A DNA stretch of 38,170 nt from Alteromonadales bacterium (GCA_964228485.1 CAXRAF010000083.1:1-38170); one strand, 5' to 3'; positions 1 to 10,981 are shown, counted from the stretch's first letter. Notes: generated from the sequence alone by a model not told the origin. Numbers and translations are program-made.

Positions 1-234
1 CGTTTAGGCGGTGCAGAGATTGCGCGTTCTGAATGGTACCGTGAAGGTCGCGTGCCATTGCACACACTACGTGCTGACATCGACTATTCAACAGCCGAAG
101 CTCATACAACATATGGTGTATTGGGTGTGAAGGTTTGGATCTTCAAAGGCGAGATTCTTCCTGGCCAAGAAAAAGCAGCTGCTCCTGAAGTAGTTGAAGC
201 GCCAAAAAAGAAATCTGGTAAGAAAGATAAGTAA
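1..234 (+). CDS. rpsC: 30S ribosomal protein S3, C-terminal fragment (5' end outside window)
   Basis: Frame 1 is open from nt 1 and reads [51 protein letters not shown]..., a conserved S3 C-terminus. It lies directly upstream of rplP, as in the S10 operon. Confidence 0.9.
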   Translation, partial: RLGGAEIARSEWYREGRVPLHTLRADIDYSTAEAHTTYGVLGVKVWIFKGEILPGQEKAAAPEVVEAPKKKSGKKDK

Positions 235-250
235 GTGAGGGACTTAAGCA

Positions 251-664
251 ATGTTGCAGCCTAAACGGACCAAGTTCCGAAAACAACACAAGATGCGCAA
301 CCGTGGTGTTGCCATCCGTGGTGGCAAAGTTAGCTTCGGCGAATACGGCCTGAAAGCTACTGAGCGTGGTCGCATGACAGCGCGTCAGATCGAAGCCGCC
401 CGACGTGCAATGACACGTCACATGAAGCGTGCCGGTAAGGTATATATCCGGGTATTTCCTGACAAGCCAATTACTAAGAAGCCTCTCGAAGTTCGTATGG
501 GTAAAGGTAAAGGTTCTGTTGAGTACTGGGTAGCCCAAATTCAGCCGGGTCGTATGTTATTCGAGGTTGAAGGTGTTTCAGCTGAGCTAGCTGAGGCAGC
601 ATTTTTATTAGCTGCTGCGAAACTACCTTTTAAAACCACTTTCGTGAAGCGGACGGTGATGTAA
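251..664 (+). CDS. rplP: 50S ribosomal protein L16
   Basis: 137-aa ORF beginning [19 protein letters not shown], the canonical L16 N-terminus. A GAGGGA Shine-Dalgarno lies upstream, and the position matches S10 operon order. Confidence 0.97.
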   Translation: MLQPKRTKFRKQHKMRNRGVAIRGGKVSFGEYGLKATERGRMTARQIEAARRAMTRHMKRAGKVYIRVFPDKPITKKPLEVRMGKGKGSVEYWVAQIQPGRMLFEVEGVSAELAEAAFLLAAAKLPFKTTFVKRTVM

Positions 665-855
665 TGAAAGCGACTGAATTGAGAGAAAAGAGTGTCGATG
701 AGCTGAACGAAGAGCTCCTAAACCTAAAGCGTGAGCACTTCACACTGCGCATGCAAATGGGTTCAGGTCAACTTGCTCAGAGTCACCGACTCAAAGAGGT
801 GCGACGTGATGTTGCACGTGTTAAAACCATTTTAACTGAGAAGGCAGGTTCGTAA
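664..855 (+). CDS. rpmC: 50S ribosomal protein L29
   Basis: 63-aa [34 protein letters not shown], is L29-like. Its start overlaps the rplP stop (TAATG). Confidence 0.95.
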   Translation: MKATELREKSVDELNEELLNLKREHFTLRMQMGSGQLAQSHRLKEVRRDVARVKTILTEKAGS

Positions 856-1115
856 TGACTGAATCAGCTCAAATCCGAACCATTCAAGGTAAGGTTGTTA
901 GTAATAAGACTGACAAAACAATTACGGTATTAGTCGAACGCCAGGTGAAGCACCCGTTATACGGTAAATTCATGCGTCGTTCTACCAAGCTGCACGCACA
1001 TGACGAGCAGAATGTATGTAACGAAGGCGATATCGTCACTATTACGTCTAGCAGACCAATCTCAAAGACCAAGACATGGCGTCTGGTTGATGTGGTTTCT
1101 AAGGCAAACGTTTAA
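855..1115 (+). CDS. rpsQ: 30S ribosomal protein S17
   Basis: 86-aa ORF with the S17 motifs [31 protein letters not shown]. It has a TAATG overlap with rpmC. Confidence 0.96.
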   Translation: MTESAQIRTIQGKVVSNKTDKTITVLVERQVKHPLYGKFMRRSTKLHAHDEQNVCNEGDIVTITSSRPISKTKTWRLVDVVSKANV

Positions 1116-1130
1116 ATATTAATAAGTTTT

Positions 1131-1153
1131 AATTGTTGGCTAACCCAACAATT
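1131..1153 (+). terminator. Hairpin at the S10/spc operon junction (possible attenuator or terminator, no T-tract)
   Basis: AATTGTTGG-ctaac-CCAACAATT gives a perfect 9-bp stem with a 5-nt loop in the 54-bp rpsQ-rplN spacer. No downstream U-run is present, so termination efficiency is uncertain. Confidence 0.35.
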
Positions 1154-1169
1154 GTAGCGGAGAAAACTG

Positions 1170-1538
1170 ATGATCCAGATGCAAAGTGAACTCGACATTG
1201 CTGATAACAGTGGTGCAAGACGAGTAATGTGTATCAAGGTACTAGGTGGTTCACATCGTCGCTATGCGCACATTGGTGACGTGATCAAAGTGAGTGTTAA
1301 AGAAGCGATTCCACGCGGTAAGGTTAAAAAGGGTGACGTAATGAATGCCCTGGTAGTACGAACTGCAAAAGGCGTTCGTCGTCCTGATGGTTCGCTAATC
1401 CGTTTTGACGGTAATGCTGCTGTTTTATTAAACAACAATCTTGAGCCAATTGGCACACGTATTTTTGGACCTGTAACGCGTGAGTTACGTTCTGAGAAAT
1501 TCATGAAGATTGTTTCTCTTGCTCCAGAAGTACTTTAA
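1170..1538 (+). CDS. rplN: 50S ribosomal protein L14
   Basis: 122-aa [31 protein letters not shown], is the canonical L14 and the first gene of the spc operon. Confidence 0.97.
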   Translation: MIQMQSELDIADNSGARRVMCIKVLGGSHRRYAHIGDVIKVSVKEAIPRGKVKKGDVMNALVVRTAKGVRRPDGSLIRFDGNAAVLLNNNLEPIGTRIFGPVTRELRSEKFMKIVSLAPEVL

Positions 1539-1552
1539 GGAAGGACTTGACG

Positions 1553-1870
1553 ATGCGTAAATTAAAGACAGGTGACGAAGTCATTGTAATCGCAGGCAAG
1601 AGCAAGGGCGAGCGTGGCACAATCACAAAACTAGTAGGTGATAACCGTGTAATGGTTGAAGGTGTAAACCTGATCAAGAAGCACGTGAAGCCTAACCCTA
1701 ACACACAAGAGCAGGGTGGCATCTTAGAGCGTGAAGCAGCGTTAGATATCTCTAACGTAGCAATTTATAACGCTGATGCAGATAAGGCTGACCGCGTTGG
1801 TATTAAATTTACTGACGATGGCAGCAAGGTACGATATTTCAAATCAAGCGGCGAATTAATCGACGCTTAA
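1553..1870 (+). CDS. rplX: 50S ribosomal protein L24
   Basis: [24 protein letters not shown] matches the L24 KOW motif. I prefer the ATG at 1553, which has AAGGAAGGA upstream, over the TTG at 1547 used in the ORF track. Confidence 0.94.
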   Translation: MRKLKTGDEVIVIAGKSKGERGTITKLVGDNRVMVEGVNLIKKHVKPNPNTQEQGGILEREAALDISNVAIYNADADKADRVGIKFTDDGSKVRYFKSSGELIDA

Positions 1871-1887
1871 TAAGTGGTGTAAAGATA

Positions 1888-2427
1888 ATGGCGAAACTGC
1901 AAGACTTTTACAAAGACACCGTTATGGGCAAACTTCAGGAGGAGTTTAACTATAACTCAGTCATGCAAGTCCCACGAATCACCAAGATTACTCTTAACAT
2001 GGGTCTGGGTGAAGCTGTAGGTGACAAGAAGATACTAGAACATGCTGTGTCTGATCTCACGGCGATTTCTGGTCAAAAACCAGTGGTTACGGTTGCTCGT
2101 AAATCAATCGCTGGATTCAAAATTCGTGATGGTTACCCAATCGGTGCCAAGGTCACATTACGTGGTGAGCGTATGTGGGAATTCCTTGAGCGTCTGATTT
2201 CCATCGCAATCCCACGTATTCGTGACTTCCGTGGTTTAAACCCTAAGTCATTCGACGGTCGTGGTAACTACAGCATGGGTGTTAAAGAACAGATCATTTT
2301 CCCAGAAATTGATTATGACAAGGTAGACAAGGTACGTGGTCTTGATATCACGATTACTACGACTGCTGAAACAGATGATGAAGGTCGTGCATTACTACAC
2401 GCCTTTAACTTCCCGCTGAAAAAGTAA
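1888..2427 (+). CDS. rplE: 50S ribosomal protein L5
   Basis: 179-aa [42 protein letters not shown], is L5-like and sits in spc order. Confidence 0.97.
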   Translation: MAKLQDFYKDTVMGKLQEEFNYNSVMQVPRITKITLNMGLGEAVGDKKILEHAVSDLTAISGQKPVVTVARKSIAGFKIRDGYPIGAKVTLRGERMWEFLERLISIAIPRIRDFRGLNPKSFDGRGNYSMGVKEQIIFPEIDYDKVDKVRGLDITITTTAETDDEGRALLHAFNFPLKK

Positions 2428-2440
2428 GGAACGAAAGAAA

Positions 2441-2746
2441 ATGGCTAAAGTTTCAATGGTACAGCGTGAGAAGAAGCGCCAGAAGACAGTTGCAAAGTAT
2501 GCAGCTAAGCGTGCTGAACTAAAAGCGTTGATTTTAGACCCGAATACATCTGAAGAAGACCGCTGGGAAGCCCAGCAGAAATTCCAGAAATTGCCACGTA
2601 ACGCAAGCCCAAGTCGATTACGTAACCGTTGCCGTGTGACAGGCCGTCCTCATGGTTACCTACGTAAGTTCGGTTTGTGCCGCAATAAGCTTCGTGAAGC
2701 TGCCATGCGTGGTGATGTACCTGGCCTGACTAAGTCAAGCTGGTAA
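2441..2746 (+). CDS. rpsN: 30S ribosomal protein S14
   Basis: 101-aa ORF ending [41 protein letters not shown], a long-form S14. Confidence 0.96.
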   Translation: MAKVSMVQREKKRQKTVAKYAAKRAELKALILDPNTSEEDRWEAQQKFQKLPRNASPSRLRNRCRVTGRPHGYLRKFGLCRNKLREAAMRGDVPGLTKSSW

Positions 2747-2767
2747 TAGGATTAAGAGGAATTTGTT

Positions 2768-3163
2768 ATGAGTATGCAAGATCCAATCGCAGACATGTTG
2801 ACCCGTATCCGTAATGGTCAATCTGCGGACAAAAAGACGGTTACTATGCCTGCTTCTAAGCTGAAGACTTCTGTTGCAGAAGTACTGAAAGAAGAAGGTT
2901 ATATTACTGATTTCCAGAACACTGAGCTTGAAGGCAAGCCCGCTTTACAGATTGCATTAAAGTACTTCGAAGGTACGCCTGTAATCGAGAAGATTGAGCG
3001 TGTAAGCCGTCCAGGTCTGCGCATCTATCGCAAGAAAGATGAGCTACCTAGCGTCATGGGTGGTATGGGTATCGCAATTATTTCAACATCAAAAGGACTC
3101 ATGACCGATCGTGCTGCACGTCAAGCAGGTCACGGTGGTGAAGTTCTTTGTTACGTATCGTAA
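2768..3163 (+). CDS. rpsH: 30S ribosomal protein S8
   Basis: 131-aa [23 protein letters not shown], has the canonical S8 N-terminus. Confidence 0.97.
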   Translation: MSMQDPIADMLTRIRNGQSADKKTVTMPASKLKTSVAEVLKEEGYITDFQNTELEGKPALQIALKYFEGTPVIEKIERVSRPGLRIYRKKDELPSVMGGMGIAIISTSKGLMTDRAARQAGHGGEVLCYVS

Positions 3164-3175
3164 GGGGAAGCAATA

Positions 3176-3709
3176 ATGTCACGTGTAGCAAAAGCTCCGG
3201 TCGCTGTCCCAGCAGGCGTAGATGTTTCTGTTGCTGATAACGTCCTGACTATCAAGGGTAGTAAAGGTACGTTAACGCAAGTCATCAACGAAAAGGTTGA
3301 AATGACTCAAGCGGACAACGAAATCACATTTGCCCCAGCTAATAATGATGATGCGAACTGGGCAATGGCGGGTACATTCCGTTCATTAATTAACAACATG
3401 GTCGTTGGTGTAACCGAAGGTTTCGAAAAGAAATTAAAACTAGTTGGTGTTGGTTATCGTGTAAACGCTCAGGGCAATAAGTTAGACCTATCTTTAGGTT
3501 TCTCACACCCAGTAGTTTACAACGTACCATCAGAGATGACCGTTGAAACACCTTCAAATACTGAAATTGTATTGAAAGGTGCTAATAAACAACAGCTTGG
3601 ACAGGTTGCTGCTGAAATCCGCGCATTCCGTCCACCTGAGCCATACAAGGGCAAGGGTGTTCGATACGCTGATGAACGCATCATCCGTAAAGAAGCTAAG
3701 AAGAAGTAA
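3176..3709 (+). CDS. rplF: 50S ribosomal protein L6
   Basis: 177-aa [22 protein letters not shown]...LTIKGSKG, is L6-like. Confidence 0.97.
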   Translation: MSRVAKAPVAVPAGVDVSVADNVLTIKGSKGTLTQVINEKVEMTQADNEITFAPANNDDANWAMAGTFRSLINNMVVGVTEGFEKKLKLVGVGYRVNAQGNKLDLSLGFSHPVVYNVPSEMTVETPSNTEIVLKGANKQQLGQVAAEIRAFRPPEPYKGKGVRYADERIIRKEAKKK

Positions 3710-3721
3710 CGAGAGATAATC

Positions 3722-4075
3722 ATGGAAAAGAAAGTTGCAAGATTACGTCGTGCTAAGCGCACACGTTTGAAAATGAAAGAGCTGCAAGTTGAACGTCTGG
3801 TTGTCAACCGTACGCCTCGCCACATCTATGCACAGGTTATCAGTGCTGACAATGGCAAGGTTTTAGCTTCAGCTTCAAGTGTAGATAAGTCTGTGCGCGG
3901 AGACGTGAAGTACACAGGTAATGTTAATGCTGCTGAAACAGTTGGCGCATTAATCGCTGAGCGTGCAAAAGAAGCAGGTGTAACTAAGGTCGCATTCGAC
4001 CGCAGTGGTTACAAATATCATGGCCGAGTTAAAGCATTGGCCGAAGCAGCAAGGGCTAATGGCCTCCAGTTTTAA
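3722..4075 (+). CDS. rplR: 50S ribosomal protein L18
   Basis: 117-aa ORF carrying the L18 motifs [10 protein letters not shown]...[16 protein letters not shown]...[26 protein letters not shown]. Confidence 0.97.
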   Translation: MEKKVARLRRAKRTRLKMKELQVERLVVNRTPRHIYAQVISADNGKVLASASSVDKSVRGDVKYTGNVNAAETVGALIAERAKEAGVTKVAFDRSGYKYHGRVKALAEAARANGLQF

Positions 4076-4088
4076 GGGTTGAAAAGTA

Positions 4089-4595
4089 ATGGCTAAGAAA
4101 GAAACAGGCATGACCGACGGCTACATTGAAAAATTAGTTAACGTAAACCGCGTTGCTAAAGTCGTTAAAGGTGGTCGAATTTTCGGTTTTACAGCTCTGA
4201 CTGTTGTAGGTGATGGTAAAGGCCGTGTTGGTTTTGGTCGCGGTAAGGCACGTGAAGTACCTGCAGCGATACAGAAAGCAATGGAGCAGGCGCGTCGTAA
4301 TTTAGTTGACGTGGCTGTGAAGGACGAACACACACTACAGCATCCAATCAAAGCTGAGCATGGTGCATCAATCGTATACATGCAACCAGCATCTGAAGGT
4401 ACCGGTATTATTGCTGGTGGTGCGATGCGTGCTGTATTTGAAGTGGTTGGTATTCACAACGTACTGGCAAAGAGCATTGGATCTACCAATCCAATCAATA
4501 TCGTTCGCGCAACAATCAAGGGTCTGGCTGCGATGGCTACTCCTGAGAAGATTGCTGCGAAGCGTGGCAAGTCAGTCAGCGAAATTATGGACTAA
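4089..4595 (+). CDS. rpsE: 30S ribosomal protein S5
   Basis: 168-aa ORF with the conserved S5 core [49 protein letters not shown]. Confidence 0.97.
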   Translation: MAKKETGMTDGYIEKLVNVNRVAKVVKGGRIFGFTALTVVGDGKGRVGFGRGKAREVPAAIQKAMEQARRNLVDVAVKDEHTLQHPIKAEHGASIVYMQPASEGTGIIAGGAMRAVFEVVGIHNVLAKSIGSTNPINIVRATIKGLAAMATPEKIAAKRGKSVSEIMD

Positions 4596-4599
4596 GACA

Positions 4600-4779
4600 A
4601 TGGCTAAAACTATTAAAGTCACACAGACAAAATCAAGCATCGGTCGTTTGCCTAAGCACAAGGCGACGTTGACTGGATTGGGTTTACGCCGTATCGGTCA
4701 TACCGTTGAGTTAGAAGACACTCCATCAGTTCGTGGCATGGTTAATGCTGTGAACTACATGGTCAAGATAGAGGAATAA
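4600..4779 (+). CDS. rpmD: 50S ribosomal protein L30
   Basis: The internal ATG at 4600 gives the 59-aa product [59 protein letters not shown], a canonical L30. The longer track ORF from 4360 overlaps rpsE out of frame and is spurious. Confidence 0.95.
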   Translation: MAKTIKVTQTKSSIGRLPKHKATLTGLGLRRIGHTVELEDTPSVRGMVNAVNYMVKIEE

Positions 4780-4782
4780 ACG

Positions 4783-5217
4783 ATGCGTTTGAATGAATTA
4801 TCTCCAGCGCCAGGTTCCAAAAAGAATGCTAAGCGCGTTGGCCGTGGTATCGGTAGCACATTAGGTAAGACCGGCGGTCGTGGCCATAAAGGTCAGAAGT
4901 CACGTTCAGGTGGATCAACAGCCGTTGGTTTCGAGGGTGGTCAAATGCCACTCAAGCAGCGTTTACCTAAGTATGGTTTTACTTCACGTAAGTCATTAAC
5001 TCGCGCAGAAGTTCGACTCAATGAGATAGCTAAAGTCGATGGAGACGTAGTTGATTTAGATACTTTGAAAGCTGCCAACATCATCAGCAAGAACATCACA
5101 GCAGCTAAAATTATGCTGTCGGGTGAGATTGAGCGTGCTGTGACTGTGAAAGGTATCGGTGTTACTAAAGGTGCACGTGCGGCAATTGAAAAAGCAGGTG
5201 GAACGGTAGAAGCATAA
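4783..5217 (+). CDS. rplO: 50S ribosomal protein L15
   Basis: 144-aa [47 protein letters not shown], is L15. Confidence 0.97.
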   Translation: MRLNELSPAPGSKKNAKRVGRGIGSTLGKTGGRGHKGQKSRSGGSTAVGFEGGQMPLKQRLPKYGFTSRKSLTRAEVRLNEIAKVDGDVVDLDTLKAANIISKNITAAKIMLSGEIERAVTVKGIGVTKGARAAIEKAGGTVEA

Positions 5218-6563
5218 TGGCTCTGAAATCTCAGAAAACATCAGCTCCTAAATCAGCCGGCGGTGGTTTGAAAGAACTACGTCAACGCATTCTGTTCGTA
5301 CTAATGGTCATGGTCATTTTCCGGGCTGGCTCATTTGTACCTGTGCCAGGAATTGACAGTACTGTTCTGCAGACAATCATGGACCAGCAAACCGGTACGT
5401 TATTGGCATTGTTCAATGTGTTCTCGGGTGGTGCATTGGAGCGTGCAAGTATTTTTGCGTTAGGAATCATGCCTTACATTACGGCATCGATTATTATGCA
5501 AATTATGGGTTTTGTTGACCCACGCTTGCAACAGCTCAAGAAAGAAGGTGAGTCTGGTAAAGCCAAGATTACCCAGTACACACGTTACGGAACCGTATTA
5601 TTGGCGACTGTACAAGCCGTTAGTATTGCGCTGAATTTCCCTGCGCTTGCGCCAGGCCTAGTACCTAACGCAGGTCCGGGATTCTACTTTACAGCCGTAG
5701 TGAGTCTGGTCACGGGTACTGTGTTTATTATGTGGCTCGGTGAGCAGATTAATGAACGTGGTATTGGTAACGGTATTTCTCTACTTATCTTCTTCGGTAT
5801 TGTTGCTGGTCTGCCAAGTGCGATTGCCGGTACTTTCGAACAGGCACGTTTAGGTGAAATCCAGATTTTGGCCTTGTTACTAATCCTAGCCATGGTGCTA
5901 TTAGTAACAGCCTTTGTAGTATTTGTTGAGCGTGGTCAGCGTCGCATCGTTGTGAACTATGCCAAGCGTCAACAAGGTAGAAAGATGTTTGCTGCTCAGA
6001 GCAGCCACTTACCACTTAAAGTAAACATGGCGGGTGTAATTCCAGCGATTTTTGCTTCAAGTATTATCCTGTTCCCGGGCACGATTGCTCAGTGGTTTGG
6101 TCAGGATGATGGTATGGGTTGGTTACAAGATATCGCTTTGGCGATGTCTCCTGGACAGCCTTTCTACATCATGATGTATGCTGCGGGAATTATTTTCTTC
6201 TGCTTCTTCTACACGGCATTGGTTTTCAATCCGCGTGATACAGCAGATAACCTGAAAAAATCAGGTGCTTTTATCCCGGGTATCCGTCCAGGCGAACAAA
6301 CGTCTAACTACATCGACAAAGTAATGACTCGTTTGACATTTACTGGTGCGATGTACATGACAGCGGTTTGTTTGTTGCCAGAGTTTTTGATTTTAATCTG
6401 GCAAGTTCCATTCTATTTTGGTGGAACATCGTTATTGATTATCGTGGTTGTCATCATGGACTTTATGTCTCAGGTGAACGCCCATTTAGTATCGCATCAG
6501 TATGATTCGGTATTGAAAAAAGCCAACTTCAAAAACTATGGTTCAACAGGCCAATTACGTTAA
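5217..6563 (+). CDS. secY: Preprotein translocase subunit SecY
   Basis: 448-aa polytopic membrane ORF with SecY motifs ([45 protein letters not shown]). It follows rplO, as in the spc operon. Confidence 0.97.
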   Translation: MALKSQKTSAPKSAGGGLKELRQRILFVLMVMVIFRAGSFVPVPGIDSTVLQTIMDQQTGTLLALFNVFSGGALERASIFALGIMPYITASIIMQIMGFVDPRLQQLKKEGESGKAKITQYTRYGTVLLATVQAVSIALNFPALAPGLVPNAGPGFYFTAVVSLVTGTVFIMWLGEQINERGIGNGISLLIFFGIVAGLPSAIAGTFEQARLGEIQILALLLILAMVLLVTAFVVFVERGQRRIVVNYAKRQQGRKMFAAQSSHLPLKVNMAGVIPAIFASSIILFPGTIAQWFGQDDGMGWLQDIALAMSPGQPFYIMMYAAGIIFFCFFYTALVFNPRDTADNLKKSGAFIPGIRPGEQTSNYIDKVMTRLTFTGAMYMTAVCLLPEFLILIWQVPFYFGGTSLLIIVVVIMDFMSQVNAHLVSHQYDSVLKKANFKNYGSTGQLR

Positions 6564-6604
6564 GTAAAGACCTGTATAAGACCCTGAATTTGAAGTATTT
6601 GTGG

Positions 6605-6643
6605 TCAATTAATGCGTTTAGTTAATTGATTAGTTTATTTGTT
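6605..6643 (+). terminator. AT-rich hairpin plus T-rich run downstream of secY (candidate end of the spc operon)
   Basis: TCAATTAA-tgcgtttag-TTAATTGA (8-bp stem, 9-nt loop) is followed by ttagtttatttgtt. The stem is all A/T, so it is weak. Confidence 0.35.
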
Positions 6644-6670
6644 GCAATTGAGGTGGTTTCGCGATACCCT
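6642..6670 (+). promoter_or_regulatory. Candidate sigma70-type promoter for the alpha operon (rpsM leader)
   Basis: TTGCAA, then 17 nt, then TACCCT, about 55 nt upstream of the rpsM ATG. The -10 element matches only 3 of 6 positions, so this is purely a motif-level guess. Confidence 0.2.
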
Positions 6671-6723
6671 TGCGCACCATTTTGATTGGGACCCGTTAGT
6701 TTAAGTATTTAGGAGACTGTTTA

Positions 6724-7080
6724 ATGGCCCGTATCGCTGGCATTAACGTTCCGGTAAATAAACATACCGTGATTGCGCTGACCTCTATTTATGGTATCGG
6801 CCGCTCAACTGCGCAAAAAATTTGCGAAGTAACAGGTGTTGAGCCGACCCGCAAGATTATAGAGTTAAGTGAAGGTGAAATTGAAAACCTTCGTAACGAA
6901 GTTGCAAAATTAGATGTGGAAGGTGATCTTCGTCGTGAAGTTTCCATGAATATTAAACGCTTGATGGATTTAGGTTGCTACCGTGGCATGCGTCACCGTC
7001 GTAGTCTGCCATTACGTGGCCAACGCACTAAGACAAATGCGCGTACTCGTAAAGGCCCACGTAAGCCTATCAAGAAATAA
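6724..7080 (+). CDS. rpsM: 30S ribosomal protein S13
   Basis: 118-aa [37 protein letters not shown], is the canonical S13. Confidence 0.97.
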   Translation: MARIAGINVPVNKHTVIALTSIYGIGRSTAQKICEVTGVEPTRKIIELSEGEIENLRNEVAKLDVEGDLRREVSMNIKRLMDLGCYRGMRHRRSLPLRGQRTKTNARTRKGPRKPIKK

Positions 7081-7105
7081 GTAATCGTTTAGGAAATATT
7101 GTCAA

Positions 7106-7495
7106 ATGGCTAATAAACCGACACGTACACGTAAGCGCGTAAAAAAGCATGTAGTTGACGGCATGGCTCATATCCATGCGTCATTCAACAACACGATTGT
7201 GACCATCACTGACCGTCAAGGTAACGCTCTTGCATGGGCAACTGCAGGTGGCTCTGGTTTCCGTGGTTCTCGTAAGAGCACACCGTTCGCAGCGCAGGTT
7301 GCTGCTGATCGCGCGGCTACAGTTGTGAAAGAAATGGGCATGAAGAATATGGAAGTATTCGTCAAAGGACCTGGACCCGGTCGTGAATCTGCGGTTCGTG
7401 CTTTGAATGCTGCTGGTTTCAAGATTACTAACATTACTGACGTGACGCCTATCCCTCACAATGGATGTCGTCCTCCTAAAAAGCGTCGTGTATAA
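7106..7495 (+). CDS. rpsK: 30S ribosomal protein S11
   Basis: 129-aa ORF with the S11 motifs [46 protein letters not shown]. Confidence 0.97.
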   Translation: MANKPTRTRKRVKKHVVDGMAHIHASFNNTIVTITDRQGNALAWATAGGSGFRGSRKSTPFAAQVAADRAATVVKEMGMKNMEVFVKGPGPGRESAVRALNAAGFKITNITDVTPIPHNGCRPPKKRRV

Positions 7496-7521
7496 GAATT
7501 TTTGAATTAGAGAAATAGATA

Positions 7522-8142
7522 ATGGCAAGATACATTGGTCCAAAATTAAAGTTAGCGCGCCGCGAAGGTACAGACCTGTACCACAAGAGTGGTGTTCGCT
7601 CAATTGATTCAAAATGTAAGTTAGAGACACCTCCAGGCCAGCATGGTGCTGCGCGTGGTCGTCTTTCTGATTACGGTCTTCAGTTACGTGAAAAGCAGAA
7701 GGTTCGTCGAATCTACGGCGTACTAGAAAAGCAATTCCGTAACTACTACAAGGAAGCTGCACGTCTGAAAGGTGCAACAGGTGAGAACTTGTTACAGCTG
7801 TTAGAACGTCGTCTTGACAATGTGGTTTACCGCATGGGTTTTGGTGCAACTCGCTCTGAATCTCGTCAGTTGGTATCGCATAAGGCTATTTTGATTAATG
7901 GTAAGGCTGTCAACATTCCTTCATACCAGGTAAAGCCATCTGATGTGGTATCTATCCGCGAGAAGGCAAAGAACCAAGCACGCATCAAGGCCGCTATAGA
8001 GCTGAGCCAGTCGCGTGAAGCGGTTACTTGGGTGGAAGTTGATGAGAAGAAAATGGAAGGTGTTTTCAAAGCACTGCCAGAGCGCAGCGACTTACCAGCT
8101 GAAATCAACGAAAACTTGATTGTGGAGCTGTACTCGAAGTAA
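7522..8142 (+). CDS. rpsD: 30S ribosomal protein S4
   Basis: 206-aa [22 protein letters not shown]...[31 protein letters not shown], is S4. Confidence 0.97.
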   Translation: MARYIGPKLKLARREGTDLYHKSGVRSIDSKCKLETPPGQHGAARGRLSDYGLQLREKQKVRRIYGVLEKQFRNYYKEAARLKGATGENLLQLLERRLDNVVYRMGFGATRSESRQLVSHKAILINGKAVNIPSYQVKPSDVVSIREKAKNQARIKAAIELSQSREAVTWVEVDEKKMEGVFKALPERSDLPAEINENLIVELYSK

Positions 8143-8192
8143 TCGAGTCTCAGCTAACCATTTACAGAAGATAAATTTCAAGAGGATAGGAT

Positions 8193-9182
8193 ATGCAGGG
8201 TTCGGAACTTGAATTCTTACGACCAAAACAAATCAAAGTAGAAAGTTCAGGTACTTATAATGCCAAGGTTGTTTTAGAGCCATTCGAACGTGGTTTTGGC
8301 CATACCTTAGGTAATGCACTACGTCGCATCTTACTATCATCAATGCCAGGTTGTGCAGTTGTTGATGTTGAAATCGAAGGTGTGCTCCACGAGTACACAA
8401 CTATTGAAGGCGTTCAGGAAGATGTAATCGACATCCTTTTGAACCTGAAGAATCTTTACGTCATTCTTGAAGAGAAAGACGAGGCATACCTGACACTGAA
8501 CAAATCAGGTAAAGGCCCAGTGCTTGCGAGTGATATCGAAGAGCAGGCGGGTGTTAGCATTGTTAATCCAGAGCATCTGATCTGCACACTGACTGACGAC
8601 ACCTCTATCAGCATGAACATTCACATTCGTCGTGGCCGTGGCTATGAGCCTGTGAACCACCGCAAATTCCCTGAAGGTGAAGATCAGCCGGTAGGTCGTT
8701 TACAGATTGATGCCTCGTTCAGCCCGATGCGTACAGTGGCTTACACCGTTGACGCGGCTCGTGTTGAACAGCGCACTGACTTGGACAAGTTGGTTCTGGA
8801 AGTTGAGACTAACGGAACAATCGAGCCTGAAGAGGCGATTCGTCGTGCTGCAACTATTCTACAACAGCAGCTATCTGCATTCGTTGAATTAAAAGACGAG
8901 CACGAAATTGAGCAGGAAGAGGAAGAGCCGGAAGTTGATCCAATTCTTCTGCGTCCTGTTGACGACTTAGAATTAACAGTTCGTTCAGCTAACTGTCTGA
9001 AGACTGAAAATATCCATTACATTGGTGACCTAATTCAGCGTACTGAGGTAGAGCTGTTGAAGACACCAAACTTGGGTAAGAAATCATTAACCGAAATTAA
9101 GGATGTTCTAGCATCACGTGGCCTGTCACTGGGCATGCGTCTAGAAAACTGGCCACCAGCCAGCATTCTTGAAAAAGACTAA
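8193..9182 (+). CDS. rpoA: DNA-directed RNA polymerase subunit alpha
   Basis: 329-aa ORF with an N-terminal domain ([28 protein letters not shown]) and a C-terminal domain ([64 protein letters not shown]). Confidence 0.97.
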   Translation: MQGSELEFLRPKQIKVESSGTYNAKVVLEPFERGFGHTLGNALRRILLSSMPGCAVVDVEIEGVLHEYTTIEGVQEDVIDILLNLKNLYVILEEKDEAYLTLNKSGKGPVLASDIEEQAGVSIVNPEHLICTLTDDTSISMNIHIRRGRGYEPVNHRKFPEGEDQPVGRLQIDASFSPMRTVAYTVDAARVEQRTDLDKLVLEVETNGTIEPEEAIRRAATILQQQLSAFVELKDEHEIEQEEEEPEVDPILLRPVDDLELTVRSANCLKTENIHYIGDLIQRTEVELLKTPNLGKKSLTEIKDVLASRGLSLGMRLENWPPASILEKD

Positions 9183-9224
9183 AAACTGATGTGAATCAGA
9201 TTTAACTGAAGAAGGATTAGAGAG

Positions 9225-9635
9225 ATGCGTCATCGTAAAAGCGGTCGCAAGTTAAACCGAAACCGCTCGCACAGAAAAGCGATGTTTCGTAACATGACAT
9301 GTTCATTATTCGAACATGAGCTGATTAAAACTACACTACCTAAAGCGAAGGAATTACGTCGCGTTGCTGAGCCACTTATTACTTTGGCAAAGAGCGACAG
9401 CGTTGCCAATCGTCGTCTGGCTTTCTCACGTCTGAGAAACGATGATGCAGTTGGTAAATTATTCGCTGAATTAGGCCCACGATATACAGAGCGTCCTGGT
9501 GGTTACTTGCGTGTTCTTAAGTGTGGTCTGCGTGAAGGTGATAAGGCGCAAATGGCCATAGTTGAGCTAGTTGACCGTCCAGTAATTGATGATGTGGACG
9601 TGGACGATTTAGTCGAAGAAGTGACTGAAGAGTAA
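9225..9635 (+). CDS. rplQ: 50S ribosomal protein L17 (with an acidic C-terminal tail)
   Basis: 136-aa [27 protein letters not shown], is the canonical L17 and the last gene of the alpha operon. Confidence 0.97.
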   Translation: MRHRKSGRKLNRNRSHRKAMFRNMTCSLFEHELIKTTLPKAKELRRVAEPLITLAKSDSVANRRLAFSRLRNDDAVGKLFAELGPRYTERPGGYLRVLKCGLREGDKAQMAIVELVDRPVIDDVDVDDLVEEVTEE

Positions 9636-9658
9636 AGCAACTGCTGATTGATTCAAAA

Positions 9659-9682
9659 GCCGGGTTCCTACCCGGCTTTTTT
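9659..9682 (+). terminator. Rho-independent terminator of the alpha operon
   Basis: GCCGGGT-tcct-ACCCGGC (7-bp GC-rich stem, 4-nt loop) is followed directly by TTTTTT and preceded by AAAA. Confidence 0.85.
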
Positions 9683-9743
9683 GTTTAGAAACATCTCACA
9701 CTAGAAATCCACCAAAGTAAAAACAACTCAATGGAAGTAATTC

Positions 9744-10853
9744 ATGAAATTACGCTACAAAATAATAAATAGCATATTTGCACTAATCGCCATACTGGTC
9801 GTGAGTCTCGCGGTTGTGATGGGCTATACCGCTGATTGTGATCCCAGACCAGCCGAAGTAATCGAAGGTGACTCCATGAAAGCTATTACATACCGATGTT
9901 ATGGCGGCCCCGAAGTACTGGAGTATGGTGATGTTGCCAAACCTATACCAGCAGCAAATGAGGTCTTGGTTAAAGTGGTTGCTGCCGGAGTAAACCCGTT
10001 AGACTATCATTATATGCGAGGCACGCCTTACCTTCTGCGCTTGATGGGTGCTGGTGTTGGCGCGCCAACTCAGCAGAAAATGGGCGTCGATTTTTCTGGC
10101 GTTGTTGAATCTGTCGGACAGGATGTCACACGGTTTAAAGTCGGTGATGAGGTGTTTGGCGGCAAAAAAGGTGCATTCGCTGAATATCTGGTCATTCCAG
10201 AAGATAAAACCATCGCAATAAAGCCAGACAATGTCACTCACAATCAGGCCGCCGGGGTAGCAATTGCAGCGGTAACCGCACTGCAGGCGCTACGAGATCT
10301 TGGTGACGTTCAATCAGGTGATAAGGTTCTTATTAATGGTGCATCAGGTGGTGTAGGTACCTTCGCGGTGCAAATTGCGAAATATTTAGGTGCTGAGGTG
10401 ACCGGTGTGAATAGTGCTCGAAATAGAGACATGGTACTTGGCATTGGTGCAGATCGTGTGATTGATTACAAAACACAAGACTACACCACTGAGAGCATAC
10501 AATACGATGCCATTATCGACATGGTTGCTAATCACTCAATAGCGAAAAATATGAGCGTATTGGTCTCTGATGGTCGTATGGTCAATGTTGGCGCGATTGA
10601 GAAAGGCAACTGGATAGGCCCCTTGATTAAACCGATTAAATCAAACCTTATGAATCCATTATATGATCAGGAAATAAAAACATTATTTGCCTCGATGTCA
10701 CAGGAAGATCTCAATTTTCTGGCTCAGATGATGTCTGAAGGGCGACTAACGCCTGTTATGGATGTTACCTACCCATTAGCGCAAGCATCTGATGCAGTGG
10801 CTTACTCTGAAACAGGTCGTGCCCGAGGCAAAATCATAATCACAATCAATTGA
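9744..10853 (+). CDS. Medium-chain dehydrogenase/reductase (quinone oxidoreductase / zinc-type ADH-like), possibly with an N-terminal membrane anchor
   Basis: The MDR fold is recognisable: MKAITYRCYGGPEVLEYGDVAKPIPAANEVLVKVVAAGVNPLDY plus the Rossmann motif VLINGASGGVGTFAVQIAKYLGAEV. The start is ambiguous. ATG 9744 adds a 44-aa extension containing a hydrophobic helix, while ATG 9876 (GAAGGTG upstream) gives a standard ~325-aa soluble MDR. Confidence 0.85.
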   Translation: MKLRYKIINSIFALIAILVVSLAVVMGYTADCDPRPAEVIEGDSMKAITYRCYGGPEVLEYGDVAKPIPAANEVLVKVVAAGVNPLDYHYMRGTPYLLRLMGAGVGAPTQQKMGVDFSGVVESVGQDVTRFKVGDEVFGGKKGAFAEYLVIPEDKTIAIKPDNVTHNQAAGVAIAAVTALQALRDLGDVQSGDKVLINGASGGVGTFAVQIAKYLGAEVTGVNSARNRDMVLGIGADRVIDYKTQDYTTESIQYDAIIDMVANHSIAKNMSVLVSDGRMVNVGAIEKGNWIGPLIKPIKSNLMNPLYDQEIKTLFASMSQEDLNFLAQMMSEGRLTPVMDVTYPLAQASDAVAYSETGRARGKIIITIN

Positions 10854-10921
10854 TCCACAGTGGCCAATCACAGGCCATATAAAGCCATCCATAGGCATAA
10901 CTAAACAGCTAACGCAGTGTT

Positions 10922-10949
10922 GGTCAACTATACAGTTGGCCTTATTTCT
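10922..10949 (+). terminator. Candidate rho-independent terminator after the oxidoreductase gene
   Basis: GGTCAACT-atac-AGTTGGCC (8-bp stem with one U-G wobble, 4-nt loop) followed by TTATTTCT. Confidence 0.5.
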
Positions 10950-10952
10950 GCT

Positions 10953-10972
10953 ACATTAGCTTATACTAATGT
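10953..10972 (+). promoter_or_regulatory. Operator-like inverted repeat immediately upstream of the OMP gene
   Basis: ACATTAG-cttata-CTAATGT has perfect 7-bp arms and a 6-bp spacer. It ends 10 nt before GTG 10982, and a TATACT -10-like hexamer (10962-10967) lies inside it. Confidence 0.3.
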
Positions 10973-10981
10973 AATAGTATT

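Noticed and set aside
143-538. 131-aa antisense ORF over rpsC and rplP
   Set aside because: It overlaps conserved ribosomal genes on the other strand and has no independent support.
4360-4599. 80-codon N-terminal extension of the rpmD ORF in the track
   Set aside because: The extension overlaps rpsE out of frame. A canonical 59-aa L30 begins at ATG 4600, right after the rpsE stop.
7181-7849. 222-aa antisense ORF spanning rpsK and rpsD
   Set aside because: It lies entirely opposite two highly conserved ribosomal protein genes. The Cys/Ser/Arg-rich, low-complexity translation has no recognisable motifs, which is typical of an antisense-frame artefact.
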